This document shows positions 25,165 through 38,211 of a DNA stretch of 64,000 nucleotides, one piece after another. The notes beneath the pieces are model-generated. The model saw nothing but the letters and a program-made list of their open reading frames with translations, had not been told where the DNA came from and made no database searches. Source of the stretch: Pavona decussata (lineage: Eukaryota); the NCBI GenBank assembly GCA_977016875.1, contig CDRNST010000036.1, positions 2,604,001-2,668,000 on the forward strand. Direction: 5' to 3'. How positions within the stretch are numbered: the stretch's first letter is position 1; each line of letters starts with the position of its first letter. Both the position numbers and the translations under genes were made by a program.

Positions 25165-25285
25165 TTAAAACCCTTACTTTGGTTTAATGATTATATCACT
25201 TAATAGTTGAAGCAGACTCTGGATAGTTTGAAGACATCAAAGTAGTAAGATGGATGTGTGAAACCTATTCTCGGACAGTGTGACT

Positions 25286-26135
25286 TATTTATTTATTAAT
25301 TAATTAATTAATTAATATATATTTATTTCATCAAGTTTCAGGTTACAATCAAATCAAATCACTCTGAGGTAGGCTTAAAACAGAGTACCAGACCCCTTTG
25401 AAATAAGCCACCTATTATTACATAAACCAATCTATAGAATTAATTAAGTAATAAAATTATCTTGAAAGTTACACAAATGGATCACTCAGGTAAAATACAA
25501 TGTAAAGTTAAAATAATCAACTTTAAACTTCTCATAATGAAAGTTCATCAAATTCTTACGGAAAATTGACAAGGTATTTGATTCTCTTAAACTAAGTGGT
25601 AAATCTTTCCACAGATGACAGATCCGAACAAAAAACGAATTCTTAAAGACATCAGTCCTGCTGAAAGGGACATCAAGCTTTAAATGATAAACATTTCTAA
25701 GCGGCGTAGTACAAGAACGAAAAGATACATAATTGAAAATGTTTAGTTTATATATATTCTTAAGACACTTAAAAAAGGAAAAATAAATCGTTTATTTCCC
25801 TACGATACTTCAAGGGTAATAAATTTAACTTACTAAGGCGCTTGTACTCTGAATAATCCCTTCCAAGAATGAATCTTGTAGCCCTGCGTTGAAATTGTTC
25901 TGAGTTGTTGATGTTTCGTTTAATATGGCGAGACCATACCACGCTAGCATATCCAAGGCGTGAACGAACCCAAGCAAAATAAAGTAATTTCCTTTTATCA
26001 ATATCGTTGTTGTCCCTGCACGTTCAGTAAAGGATGTAAAGCATTTGTTTGGGCTTTTGAGGAAATAATATCAACATGATTATTCCAACTTAAATTGTGG
26101 CTTACCAAAATCCCCAGGTCTTTCTCAACATATTG
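25286..26135 (-). mobile_element. 5'-truncated non-LTR retrotransposon 3' end (CR1/L2 group)
   Basis: EKDLGILVSHNLSWNNHVDIISSKA, then VRSRLGYASVVWS..IEQFQRRATRFIL on the minus strand; (TAAA/TTAA)n tail at ~25286-25330. Confidence 0.75.
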
Positions 26136-26799
26136 GACATGGAATAACCTAGAATAATGTATTGTCGGGCACAATATTTCCACTGCAAAGTTCACTGTAT
26201 ATTTACCAACAAACCTGCATGAGCCTAGCCTTTCACTGTTTTTGAATTGAATTCCTTTGTTTCTGTACCGGAATGGCGACCACGAGAGACTTTCTTTTGT
26301 TTTTTACATCATTTAATTATGCATGCCACAGCATTGCATAAGTACCGCAATAGCGTGGAAGTGGAACGTGACAAAAGAATGTGTTTTTTGATGTTTGCAG
26401 GTGGGTAGGGTCGGGTGCCACAAAAAGAAAGTGGAGAGGGTAGTTTGAGTGAAGGCTAACAGGGCCTTTTCATTGACGGAAGCAAAAAGAACATCAAAGA
26501 GTTACATTAAGACGGTGAACTTTATTACACTGAATGGTTATCTTAACTGACCCAGAAGACACTCATCTGTCAGACAAAAAAACAAGTTTACCTTAACTTT
26601 TTATTTTCCTCATATTATCAGTTCTTACTGGATAACATTGATCTAAACGTGGTACATTGTGATACTACAGTTCGTGCCGTGTCTCAAGCATCAGGTAAAA
26701 ATCTTTAACAATGCTTGAGAATCTAAGGAATAAAGTTTGTTGCAATGTTACTTTAGGTGTTGTGGCTTGGGAATCCTTCCGCTTGATAATTTTTGCAGG

Positions 26800-28700
26800 T
26801 AAAATCAATGTTCGATTCAAAGTGTCCAAAACCAGGAGGTCCTTGCATGTGAAGTGAAACCATCCACTACAAAAGTCGCATTCAATCCACTCTATCAGCC
26901 TGGTACTCCTCTCCACATTTCCCACAAGTGTAGATTTTTTTCTTCAAGGAGGTCTTCTAATCTTTTTCGCTTGGACATGTTGTTTTCTTTTGGCCTTTGT
27001 GCTTTTTTATTTTTCTCTTTGCTTTTCGATTTTTCTTTCATTTCAGCTTTTCTCTTTTTTCTTCCCTTTTCCTTTTCTGTTCTTCTTGTTTTCGCTTCTT
27101 CTCAGCCAAAGCCCTGGCTTTCTCCTTTTTCTTTTCTTCTTTTTCTTGCTGTTCAGCTTCTTTTATTGCATTTTCTGACTGGAGCACTTCTAAGAAGGTT
27201 TTGCGGGTAATGCACTTGTTTCCCGCATAAAGACTGTTTTCACTCTTGCATCTACTCCTTTCACGTCTTGGCTATAGCATGATGGAGCAGCGTTCCTCGT
27301 CAATTTCTACATCCCCCAAAGGTGTTGAGGTGGTATAAGCTCGGGAGGCACTAGAAGTGGTAGAAGGAGTGTATGGCGCTGATAATGAACTGCAAGGTTT
27401 CTAAGCCTGCGCTTGTGGTGGATAAACACAGCCACACAGCTACAATAACCAAACCCAGCACACAAACAGGAACAGGCTCTTTTAAAAGGACAGCCTTCGT
27501 CAGTATACTCACTACCACCAAGTTTAAAGAACAAATCTTGCCAGCAAAAGTAGGTGTCCTCTCCTCGCACATCATATGTTTTTATACCATGCCTAAATTT
27601 GTCTCTTTCAGATCTTACGAGACCTTTTTTTAGTGACGTTAAATCATTAAACAGCATGCTGCCATTTGTTGAAGACGATCCAGTGTTTGCGGTTGAGAGG
27701 GAGTCATCACAGTAATTAGGAACAGCAGTGTAACCTGTGGATGTTGTGGACGGACTTGCTGATACCGGTGCAGTGACATTTGTTTTTGCAGATGGAGACC
27801 CTGGACTTTGACTGCCAACAAGATTAGATGCTTTGGTGGCGGACGTAGTGCAGATGTTAGTTGCCAACTTGCTGTAATCAAATGCTGCCGAGGTGAAGGG
27901 GAAAATGCCTGCTGTTCTAAAGCCTCCTCTGATCATGTCTGGAGTTGCGCATGAGTTCCAAGCAACATTGAATATCTTTGCAAAATTGCATTGATTGACA
28001 TCTGTACATGGAATGTGGCTAAAGGCAGCACGTGCACGCAACCACCCCGACTTGAGGGGCCAATATAGAGACAAATCAAGGGGTTGAAGCAGATGGGATG
28101 AGTTGGCAGGGAGATAAAACACAAGGATGTTGCATGTGCCTCGTGACCATCAACCATCAACTAAACAAGCCGCTCAGATGGAATTAATTCAAGGAATAAA
28201 TCCTTAAACCACTGTAAGAGAGATCCTTATTTATCCATCCAGACATTTGTCCTGCAAAAAGAGTTTCAGCCAGTGCGCCCTCTGTGACCCCATTAGGCAC
28301 CCTTCCACTTTAACTCTTAAAAATCAACATTGCGGGAAGACATGTTGCCTGCCGCAGAAGCACAAGCCAAGACAGTGACTTTCTCGTGCTACCCTTTTGA
28401 TACTCGGAATACATGCTTCGCACCTCTCGCTGCAGTGACCATTTTGTTTATAGCATCAAATTCAAATCCCCTTTGGTCACAGTTGAAAATAAGATGGGAC
28501 CTCTCTAGCAGTGTTCCATGACCATTGTTTGTCATTGTCTCAAGAAGACACATAAAAGGACTGAATTACTGATCTCGTAAAAAAAGTTCTCACAGGACCA
28601 AAGTTCTGAGATGCATGCATCGATATTTTTCAGTGTTGTTTCATGGAATTTCTCCACCATTTCTCAGAGAGACAGCCATTTTTTACTACTTTTCCGCATT
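26800..28700 (-). pseudogene. pogo/Tigger-like (DDE_1) transposase with a Lys-rich region and C-terminal PHD finger
   Basis: IFNCDQRGF..KVTVLACASAAG, MVDGHEAH, YLPANSSHLLQPLDLSLYWPLK, GFRTAGIFP, a K/E-rich tract, and WIECDFCSGWFHFTC; multiple frameshifts. Boundaries approximate. Confidence 0.75.
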
Positions 28701-29199
28701 TCTGTGCCATCTGCGTGGCCATGTAAAGGATGATGTCCTTACTTTTTCTGTACCCCTGCTTACTGACATCTATCTAATACATTTTTTTTATTGTCTGGGC
28801 TAAGAAGGATGTTTGGCCCACTTTTTGCTTCCGTTTAAACTTTCCCTTTGACTTGACGTGGCGGGAGATTTATCACCAATATTTGTACGGGAGCTCGATA
28901 CAGGAAACAACCGCATTTGTTTCAAAAATCCGTAGATTGTATCGGCAACGTGGCGAGGTGAACCGAAAGAGAAGAAAAGGACAACAAAGAATCTTGTCTT
29001 GTAAGCTCGTGTTTGTTTTGATTATGTTTGGTTGCTTGAACAATATCTTGAACAATACACATCTTTGTGCTTGTACTTATGCCAAATACACCAGCTTAAG
29101 TTGTTGTCTTTGTATTGTTTCTGGTCCCCAAAAGCATGAGGAACAATTCCAGCAAGTGACATTTTTAGTTTTGGGGGCTCTCCTTTGTTTTGATTCAAC

Positions 29200-29890
29200 C
29201 AGTAGCTGAAACATTTCTTGAAGTATTTAATGACCCTTGGTGGAGTGATAGTGGAGACTCTCCAGCACAACTTTGTTTTTGTGCGCTTATTTTGTGTAAA
29301 TGACTTACGTTTTCCGTTGCATGGGTAGTGTCTGACCTTTTCTCAACATTATAGTCCACCTCTTCTCAAATTGTTGCTATCATGCAACTATCATCATCGC
29401 CTATGAACACTGAGTATTTTCACACCATAATTTGGTGCTTCCCTAAAAGGTTAACTCCTACTTGGGGTTCTATAGATTTTGAAGAACCTTTGTGATTCCG
29501 ACGACATTCATGTGTCACAGGTTGTGTACCTTTTGACTTGACATTGTCACAAATTCTGCAACATTTATGACCTGTTTAGTTTTTGAGCCCATTATAGCCC
29601 CATGCCCAGTTAGTGGATCGTTTGCCTTTCCACGTTTCAACCCCATGCATGTCATATGAAACAGACAAAGGTAGCAGACCATCCTCATCAGGTTGTTAGG
29701 AAGCTATTGATGTGGCTATATCCAATGCCATTGTCGATGGCTCCAAGCGCAATTCTAGAATTTATGTCATATGGCTGAGGCCCTTGCTTGCCAAAGTGAT
29801 GCTGTCTTGAAGTTTTAATTTTGTTTATACAGATTTGACACACCACTGATGAAACACTTGCAGAGCCTTCTCTTTTCCACGGCATTTGAC
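29200..29890 (-). pseudogene. Mutator-like/Kolobok-related DDE transposase fragment
   Basis: YDINSRIALGAIDNGIGYSH, LSVSYDM, CRICD..HECRRNHKGSSKSIEP and YSVFIGDDDS in broken frames. Confidence 0.6.
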
Positions 29891-30947
29891 GTACAATGAT
29901 GTCATAAAACGAAATGGAGGATAAAACTTGTATTATATGCTAGAAAGCCAGTATTTAAAATTTCTATCAGCCATACATGTATGTACTGTTGGGGCTCCTG
30001 AGGCATGATTTACAATGGATTCTCAGCAGAAGAATTTTTCCTTCCAACAATGGATACATGTAGACCACATGTTATGAAATTATCTGGAGAGCTTCATTAA
30101 TCCAGCCCCTGGTACTGATAGTTTGTTGACACTGAAGAGAAGTACCATGTGAAATTGTGATTCTTTAAAAACAGAAGAATCCTGTGAAAAGGATGTGAAA
30201 TAATCTTACCTGCATTACCCTTCGAAATAACGTGAAACACCCTCTGAAATTCACATGTGCAGAAAAATCCAATGTAAATGGTCAAGGTGTAAAAATATGT
30301 AAGGGTTGGACAATGGATGTGAGTGTTTTATGGATATAGTGCCTCAAAGATAGATAGAAGGTCACGAGGGTGTAGCCCAAGTGGCCTTCCTATCTATTGT
30401 GAGAGGTGATATACAGGTATCCCATAGGACACAAGCATTCATTGTCTAATGGTCTTAGAACATGGTCACGTCTGCAAAAAAAAACCACATTTTATGCAGA
30501 TTCTTTTTATGAGCGTATTTTAATTGACATTCACGCTTAGGAATCACGTTTGTTTCATGCCCATTTCCTTTTATTCACGGTTCTTAGTACCAAACTACAT
30601 GATGTGAGTTCAAATTACCTAAAAAAAGCAACAGAAATACATGCTACATATACAAAAGTGATGACAAGAGAACCCAAAGAATGGGCAAATGAGAGATGTG
30701 CAAAAGCAAAAATATAACAGTACTTACTATTTTTCCCTAACGTAAATAAGTAGCATGAAAGGCCGTAATCACAAACTTAATCCTGGCTTACAATGAAGAT
30801 TCAATAGCGTTCTGCAAATATGAAACTTTCAGACAAACATGGCGGCACAACAAAGTCTTTGTCACGTGACTTGTGGCTTAATTCAGTTTCAGTCCACTCT
30901 AAGTAGGAACGCCGCGAAACAACGTTTTTACTGTTTTTGGATGTCGC

Positions 30948-31530
30948 CAGGGCCGTAGCCAGCCATTTTTTCCATTTAATCCCAAGTTGAACAGCGTAAG
31001 TCATATATATCAAACTTTGCAACGTCGTCCAACGTAGGAGAAGGTGTTGTTACTAGTTTTATCCCTGGCAGTCAACAATCTAATGCTGTAATTAATACAG
31101 ATGGACAGATGATTCCTTTTCCTTGTGGGATTTTGTTATTTTTAAAGGAAAAAATTTAAAGTTAACAAAGACTGCCTGGCATGATCATGTACATGACTAT
31201 TACGGACCAACCATCACTCAAATGCAGGCCTTCTTGGTTTAATCGCACACAAGTCGCTGACGACTCTCTTGGGGGTCAATCGGCATCTCCCTGTATGCCT
31301 GCATAAGAGCTAGAGATGATAGTCGCTCTGTCAGCATAGTGGACTGCATGTATGTTTTCACTCTTCTCGTGGTGCTAAATGATCTCTCTGGTGTAGCTGT
31401 GGAGACTGGCATGGTGAGGAGAATGGTAAGCACGGAGGCAACATTCGGATAGGATCTTCACTTGTGCAGCTTAGTTTATCCTCCAGGTTGTTTGGTTTCT
31501 CCCCCTCGGCAAGCGCCCATCTTGCCTGAT
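30948..31530 (-). mobile_element. hAT element 3' end: TIR CAGGGCCGTAGCCAG plus dimerisation-domain relic
   Basis: YPNVASVLTILLTMPVSTATPERSFSTTRRVKTYMQSTMLTERLSSLALM (hAT C-terminal motif). The partner TIR was not found. Confidence 0.7.
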
Positions 31531-31749
31531 AATTGCTTGGACACCTCTGTGAACCCCTTCCATGTTTGCCACTCCATTATAACCCTGTGCGCGCATGCGG
31601 TCAATATCCAGGCCATAGCCCTGCTGGGTCTCTAGAAACCTCTCGGCTAGTACCTCTCCAGTTAGATGTGAAATAACACGCTTTATTTAGTTCTCTTGCT
31701 GATCGATCAATTGAAGTCGTTGACAAGCATTTTGAATGATCAGCTTATG

Positions 31750-32465
31750 TCATACACACACCTCGAGTAGTTTTTTCTGTTGTAGATGTAGACAGCAATG
31801 GAGACTGGTTAGCGACCTTTGATTTAGGAAGGTTTTAACAGTGGAGTCCACAAGGTGCTTGGGATACTTCAATTTAGAGAACACGGACTTCAGGCGTTTG
31901 CACTCCTCTTTGAAGTAGGACCATGACGAAGACAGGTGATATGCATGGTCGAGCATAGTTGTCAATAGACTGCGCTTGTACCTATTATCGACATGGCTGT
32001 GGTAATGGAGAAGCAGACCACTGTTTGTTGGCTTCGCGAACACTTAAGTTTCAATATGGCGCGCCCGGTTTAGAAGTTAAATACCAAGGAAGGGGAGCAT
32101 TCCATCATTTTGGACCTCCATAGTGAACTTGATCGCGGGGTGGGCATGGTTGAGGGTGTTGAGAAAGTCCCTAGCTGTAGACAAATTGGGCATCACGGTG
32201 AGTGTGTCATCAACATATCGACGATAATAAGGTGGCAGCTTAGCCTCAACATCTAATTTCTCTTCAATAGACGACATGAATACATTGGCTAGCAAGGGCC
32301 CAAGAGGGGACCCCATCGCTACACCGTCGATCTGTTCAGACCGGGAACCATTGAATTGGAAAAGCTGGCCCTTGGTGGCCACACCCAAAAGATCAGTAAG
32401 GTCCTGTTTTGAGATGTTCACGTTTTACCAGTTGTTTCTAAAGGCTCTGTCTGCGAGAATGTTAA
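31750..32465 (-). pseudogene. Penelope-like reverse transcriptase fragment (continues at 46247-46285)
   Basis: QIDGVAMGSPLGPLLANVFM, RRYVDDTL, FTMEVQNDGMLPFLGI, KPTNSGLLLHYHSH. Confidence 0.85.
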
Positions 32466-32556
32466 ACATGTAAGGCGCGCTATAAAAGGAGGGCTTCCCT
32501 GGGAAGCCCATAGCTCATTTGTCAATCACCCTTGGGGAGTGCAGATCAAATCCAAT

Positions 32557-33622
32557 ATGGTTGACCAGTCGAACACAAGAAAGGTATGGTTAGTCTTAAG
32601 ATACTTGCATCTTGGTGTTTCTGTTGTTATAAAATCATGCAACAATTTTTTTTATGCGAAATAATTCCCTGCAGATCACTATCCTACTCGATAAATCTGC
32701 TATTGAGGAACTGAGAGGCTGGATTGCGGTCAATAACGGCGAGATCGTCAAGATCAAAAAACCAAGGAGGAAAAATACAACAATACTAGGTAAAGCGTTA
32801 TGCTCACGCTAAAATCCCCTTGTTATAATAAGCTGAGTATTTCTTTTGTTTCCTTTGAAAAGGCTTGATATTGTGTCGCGCCGTTTGCTTTCCATAACTG
32901 CCAGAGCATAACATTAATATTCATCATCAGAACTCGCAACTAGTATTTAGCTTACCTTTGATCGTTGGAAGGAAAGATTTTTGAAGTTGTCGTTCTAATC
33001 CAGCGTTATAGTGGGAATTTATGCAGCAGCCAATGTTATGTATAGCGCAATGTAAAGGATAATTGTGCGCCTTTTTCAACGGCCATTTTCCTTTGTTGGC
33101 ATTTTTGATTTGTGACTAGCGTCGAGTAAGTTAGCGCGGAAGTCATAGCATCCTAATCAATTTTGCTTTGTATTGCGTAGAACAACAAGTACAACAAGGA
33201 AACCAAGAGGTCGTCGAGCGTGAGAACGATCCAAGCGACTTCAATAGCCTGCAACGCCAGGTGATATCTACGGAGAATGCTGATCCGCCCACTTCATCTT
33301 CGTTGGATCAAACTGCATTTTGCTTGTACTGTAGAAGTACACCCTGCGTTGTATCAATCGCAAACCGGCGGCCAGACTACAAGCCTCTGGTCTCGCACGA
33401 CTCACAAACCATGTGAAACGAAAAGGGGACTATAAGGCCTTCTACACTATCCTGAAAAAGAAGGGGTTATGGAGTGACCCTATTTATTTACAACGGAAGG
33501 AGGCTCTCGGGTGCTGCATTGAAGACATCCGTGAAGTAATGCCAATCTGTGTTGTGGAGGACGTTCAAAAACGATGAACAAATCCTGACGGCGTGCCATA
33601 CTGTAGACACCGAAGATCTTGA
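32557..33622 (+). pseudogene. Kolobok partner (KolX / P2X7-ballast-like) gene; exons 32557-32583, 32675-32789, 33181-33622
   Basis: Phase-consistent GT-AG introns. CLYCRSTPCV, then after a frameshift YKAFYTILKKKGLWSDPIYLQRK..REVMPICVVEDVQKR*TNPDGVPY. Confidence 0.6.
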
Positions 33623-34696
33623 AATACTCGCACCAACGTGTGATTTTTGACAACATCGATTTCTTTGTGAGTTTTTCAAGTTCAGTGTTGATTGGCAAGG
33701 GGCTAGTGAGTTAGATTCACACACTACGAGTACAAGTCATAACTCTTGGACATTATTTTTTTGTTTATTTTTTTTTTTTTATTGTCATTCTCATTGTTTT
33801 CCAAAAACGACATGCTCAAAGTAAAAACCTGTACTCTGTCACAGATCCTGTCTGGATATCTACAGCCTCCATTTTTCTAGGATTATAGTGAAGATGATGG
33901 TCTGTACATTGGCTCACAAGAAAACCTAGAAAACAAAAAGAGGTGTAAATTTCATGAAATTAATGTACTAATGGCAAAAATATTGATACACGAATGCCTC
34001 GTGTATGACAGGCTCTGGAAAAAATGCATGTAAGGCTCAAATTTGCAACAGTGTTTATATTTAGCATGGCAATCCACACCCCCCCCCCCCCCTCCTGATC
34101 TCGCAATAATATGTAAAATAACTTATTTATTTCCCCTACGTTTTAGAAAAAATCACTTTATTATCACTGCAAAAGGCTCATTTTTGGCCTTGTTTTAGTG
34201 TAAAAGTTGAAGTTGTACTTCTAATTGATGTCACAGTGTTATATGCCAAGACTTCCATTCATCAGAGGAAAGTACATGTACCTGTGAAATTTCCTTTTCT
34301 CTTGCTTGCATCTGCAGTCATCTCCTGCAGTAATGGACAGTTTTTGCACTCCTTCCAAATTCAAAATTAAGAACAACTGCATTAAAACCAATTCCCTTGA
34401 CAGCAGAACATACCTTTGTAATTTATAAAACTGATGTAATCTGGGAGTACCCACTCTCTGAATATTATATGTAATGAGTTCCTAATTAGTAGGGAACCAT
34501 CAAATAAAAAGGAAATTAGAGGGGCTATTATTATTATTGGCAACCCCTCTCCCTCCCCTTACTCTCTCCCTCCTTTTGTAAGTTATGCACCTGAGCCATG
34601 GATCTGTCAATGCAATTGTATAAACTATCTACAACATATGCACAACAGTAGTTCAATCATTGTTATACCCAGCCTAAAATATGCACAACTGTATGA

Positions 34697-35092
34697 TACG
34701 GTGGCCCACAACTGTCACATCAAAAACAAGTTCCCCACATCAAAATCAAATTTACTACATCAAACACAAATTCGCCACAACAAAAGCAAAATCGTCACTA
34801 CAAAAGCAAATTCACCACATCAAAAACGAACTTGTCACATCAAAAACAAATTTTTCACAGCAAAAACAAATTCCTCACATCAAAATCAAAAACACCGATT
34901 AAACGGTCAGCGGTCAATGAACGAAAGCTATCTCCAGTTTTCACTCGGCCTTCACCCGACCGCCATTTTGTTCTTGCACATGGTACTGTTGTCTTGCTCA
35001 GGATGTATTGCAGCAATTGCGGGAGAAGTGTAGCGAACTGCAACTTTTGTGCCAACTGCGGAAAAGGTAAGTCATTGTGGTAAGCAAGTGGC
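34697..35092 (+). repeat. Left TIR (396 bp): nine 20-bp repeats, YY1-like CGCCATTTTG, exon 1 (35003-35066) and splice donor
   Basis: Reverse complement of 42202-42677 apart from an 80-bp difference in repeat number and a few substitutions. Confidence 0.92.
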
Positions 35093-37756
35093 AGTCGAGA
35101 AAGTCAAAGACAGCTAAGTGGTTGGTCGAAGGGACCGAGCTTATAGTTTGACCTCTCTATTTTGTAGCAGGGAAATACACGTGTCAAAAACGGGCTTCAG
35201 GGGACAGGGGGAGTCCTGGTAGCCTTTGGAGGGATAGTGTTGCGAGTCCTAGCAAAATTGTTTGATCATTGATCTTGACTAATTAGATAAAAGCACTACT
35301 TTTGAAATAGTTAGCATTTCATTTGTATTGTTTTGGTTACGGACATTTTTCCTTTCTTGAGATAGTGTAGTTGAAAAGCTAATGTCTTGGTCGAGAAGAT
35401 CCTAGATTGCAAAATGTACCGGGTGTTGTTTTCCTTTCACATAGCAGTACTGTCACTTAAGGGGCTGGGGGGCCGGGGATTCCCCTTGGCTGTTAAGAGC
35501 ATGGCACCCAGCTACTTTTATAGGAAACAAAAGGAAAATAGGACCAAAGGAACTTCATATCTGTTTGATTCCCCACCTACTTACTGAATGTATCCGGCAG
35601 CTTGAAATCTTAGTGACAGCCCTGAAACAGGAGATGTTTTTCTTTTTCGGTTATAAATGTTGCTGAAACAAAGTAACACTTTTTGGATTCTGTTACTCCA
35701 CAAGATAACTTTGCATGCTCTCCTTCCTAGACTTTATTTTAATTGATAAAACAAGTATCCAATCTTCACAATTCAATTTTCAATTTGTGTAGGAGTTAAC
35801 CAGGAGAATCCAGGGCCAAGCACCATCACTAGTGCACTGGAACCAAGTTCTGTTAAGTCCAGCAAATCTATCAAGACCTTCACAGAGTATAAGGCAGCTA
35901 AAGGCAAGCAATGGTTTTCTAAAGTCAAAGGTGGGAAGGCAAAAAGTAGTAAGACCTCAACAGTAGATCAGGAAGCGCTTATATATATTGGTTTGCTTGA
36001 GTGGAATGAAAAAGAAAGTGTTCTCAAAGCGAAAAGAGGAAAGAAGGTAGCCTTGCGGATTTCAAATGCTGCAAAATCTTCACTGATTCGCCAAAAAGCA
36101 GAAGAGAAATGGAAGGCTTATTATAGTAACTTCTATGACGAGAACCAAACCTATCTCCTTCTTTATGAAGATGGGCAGAAGGTTCTTTTTCTACCTGGGA
36201 CTAGTGAACTGTTTACCTTAAAGCGATACCAGGAGGAAGTGGGGAAAGACTATAATAGAATCTATTTATATCTGTGCACAAATGAAGACTACGACAACAC
36301 TCTCATGGGTGCTGATGACAGTGACGATGACAGCATGTCCCGTTTCCCAAAATGTTCCAAGCTTGAGAGTGACCCAGTTGTTACAGTAACTATACCTGAG
36401 GAACAAATGAAACTGGATGAGCAGATTGCAAGAGAATTAGATAACGAGCTGAACCAAGTAGTGGAAGTAGCAATAGTTACTGAAAACAGTGACAATCTAC
36501 AAGTACTATCACACGATGAGAATTCCAGCCTGTTAGAACAAGAGAAGAGTGCTGGACAACATACTCAAGTAGCAATTACTGACCATGTCGGTGTTGTTAG
36601 AGAAATTAGCCAAAGAGTTGATGACACAGGTCAATTCTTCATTGTGGTACGAAGGGCTTCCCATTTCACAAGATGCCTAAATCTCTAGTGACGTGAATCA
36701 CTGAGAACCAGGCCAAACAAAGTTTTAAGAGTCCATTTCACAGGTGAAGATGGGATAGACAGTGGCGCCATGGCTAAAGAGTTCCTTGCAAAAGCTGTAG
36801 CAGACATGGGAAATGTTATGTTTCCTGGTGGTAGTCCTGTGGATTCAACCTACAATGTACAGAACGGATACTTCCAGTCTTGTGGAGAAATTGCTGCTGT
36901 AAGCCTTGCTCAAGGGGGTCCATCACCTTGTGTTTTACAAGGATGTGTTTATGACAGTATGGTCAACCCAGAGACTGACTTCAAGAGTTTGAATTTAGAG
37001 CACATTACGCCACAGGAGAAGATGATCCTCGAAAATATCCAAAATGACTTGGATAACCATCGTGACACAATTGTAGAGCATGGTTACACTGGTGTTATTG
37101 ACCAAGAGCACATCAGTGACATCACAGGATCCATTCTGATTAGTCTTGTCACCAGACGACAACTGTATTTATCTGAATTCATGAGAGGGCTGGAGCTCTA
37201 TGGGCTTGCTGATGTGATAAAGCAAAAGCCGGAAATATGCAAGCCACTTTTTGTCATGGGGCAAGCAAAGGATGTTGATGCAAACTATGTGTTTTCCCTT
37301 ATGAAACCACGCTATGCTGTGGAGGGATCAACCAGACGGGAAGTTGAGGAGTCTGTGATGGATAGCTTCCAGGACTTTTTGATATCTTTGGAAGATGAAA
37401 AGAAGATCAGTGGATATTCTGAGGCTCTTACTTGGAATTATGAAGACAGCGGAGACAGGGGAAATGACAGACAACAAGCAGAAGAATTTCAAACGGCAGA
37501 TATCTCTGTTGCTGGTGTCTTGGGCTGGCTAACTGGCCAAAGACACCGACCCCTCAACGGTGATCCCCTCACAATTAATGTTAACTTTGACCATGACTGT
37601 TTTGATCGTAACCCCAAGCACAGTATTTGCTTCCCGTGTGTTGCAGCATGTGGAAGGGAGTTAACTCTACCAGTGTCTCACATGGGTGACACAGAACAAT
37701 TTCGCCAAACTTTCCTTCTAGCCTACTGCAAGGGCCAATCATTTTCGAGGCCATAG
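35003..37756 (+). pseudogene. Transposon-borne HECT E3 ubiquitin ligase; exons 35003-35066 and 35793-37756; tandem stops TAG TGA at 36686-36691
   Basis: Exon 1 MYCSNCGRSVANCNFCANCGK, phase 1, fits the acceptor at 35792. ORFs 35993 and 36770 share one frame. VHFTGEDGIDSGAMAKEF, VLGWLTG, FPCVAACGRELTLP, FSRP*. Confidence 0.85.
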
Positions 37757-38211
37757 AGACCTTCAGCAATTCTTAGTTTCTAGCTAAGTCCATTGGTACA
37801 CACCTATTTGTGTGTGTTTCATACAATAGTGCTCATAATTGCCTTTGAAGGTGCAATGATAATTATGTTTGTGTTAGTTAAGGTCATGGAGACCTTCAAC
37901 TGTGTTAGTTAAGGTCATGCAGACCTTCAGCTGTGTTAGTTAAGGTTATGGAGACCTTCAGCAATTCTTAGTTTCTAGATAAGTCCATTGGTACACACCT
38001 CTTTGTGTTTCATAAAATAGTGGTCATAAGTGCCATTGAAGGTGAATGATAATTATTTTTGTGTTAGTTAAGGTTATGGAGACCTTCAGCTGTGTTAGTT
38101 TCTAGCTAAGTCCATTGCTACACACCTTTTTGTGTGTGTTTCATAAAATAGTGGTCATAAATGCCATTGAAGGTGTAATGATAATTGTTTTTGTGTTAGT
38201 TAAGGTTATGG
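37756..38211. repeat. Three ~130-bp direct repeats with embedded 31-bp subrepeats
   Basis: Recurring gagaccttcag..tttctag.taagtccattg.tacacacct..gtgttagttaaggt.atgg. Confidence 0.85.

Noticed and set aside
26854-27230. Phe/Leu-rich membrane-protein-like ORFs (also 58674-59039, 10284-10589, 62259-62766)
   Set aside because: Antisense shadows of Lys/Glu-rich, Ser/Thr-rich or repeat regions on the opposite strand.
34638-35083. ORFs 34638-35033, 34681-34902, 34832-35083 and their mirrors at 42211-42739
   Set aside because: These are translations of the 20-bp TIR arrays. Only the 64-nt ATG-to-donor exon is supported.
36686-36770. Programmed readthrough, selenocysteine, or a separate HECT gene starting at ATG 36770
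   Set aside because: There are two consecutive stops, each one substitution from TGG CGA, and ATG 36770 lies inside the conserved GExGxDxG..EF motif. Decay is the simpler explanation.
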